From NCBI GenBank assembly GCA_013239625.1, contig MU054220.1, forward strand, positions 992,848-1,056,847: a stretch of DNA of 64,000 nt, in the 5' to 3' direction. Shown piece after piece: positions 63,928-64,000 of the stretch; positions within the stretch are counted from its first letter, which is position 1; each line of letters opens with the position of its first letter. The translations under genes and the position numbers were made by a program. The notes under the pieces are model-generated. The model was given only the letters and a program-made list of their open reading frames with translations, searched no databases and was not told the origin of the DNA. The stretch comes from Lama guanicoe (taxonomy: Eukaryota).

Positions 63928-64000
63928 GATTTTGCCTAGAAGCAGATATTTAGGAGAACTCATCCATGAACACATCTCCACCTCATTGGTTCTTTTTCCT

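Overview
Mammalian genomic DNA from a class II olfactory receptor (OR) family-4 cluster. It is most likely from a camelid, judging by a vic-1-like tRNA-derived SINE and the L1 3' UTR style; this is recalled, not searched. Five OR CDSs are intact: OR4C6-like, two convergent OR4A47-like copies, OR4C46/13-like and OR4C12-like. There is also one OR broken by a single 1-bp frameshift, two decayed OR pseudogenes and one orphan OR 3' fragment. The intergenic DNA is mostly L1, L2, MIR, MaLR/ERV LTRs and MER5-like elements, and an 894-N gap lies inside a young L1. I found no convincing novel coding system. The most interesting structure is non-coding: two 'ghost' duplicated OR units whose flanks survive but whose CDS appears deleted; a homeodomain + O/E(EBF)-like composite motif recurring upstream of several ORs; a likely gene-conversion tract between the OR4A47-like copies; and several unidentified inserts. 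Gene and repeat names come from remembered human or consensus sequences, and repeat boundaries are approximate unless a TSD is cited.
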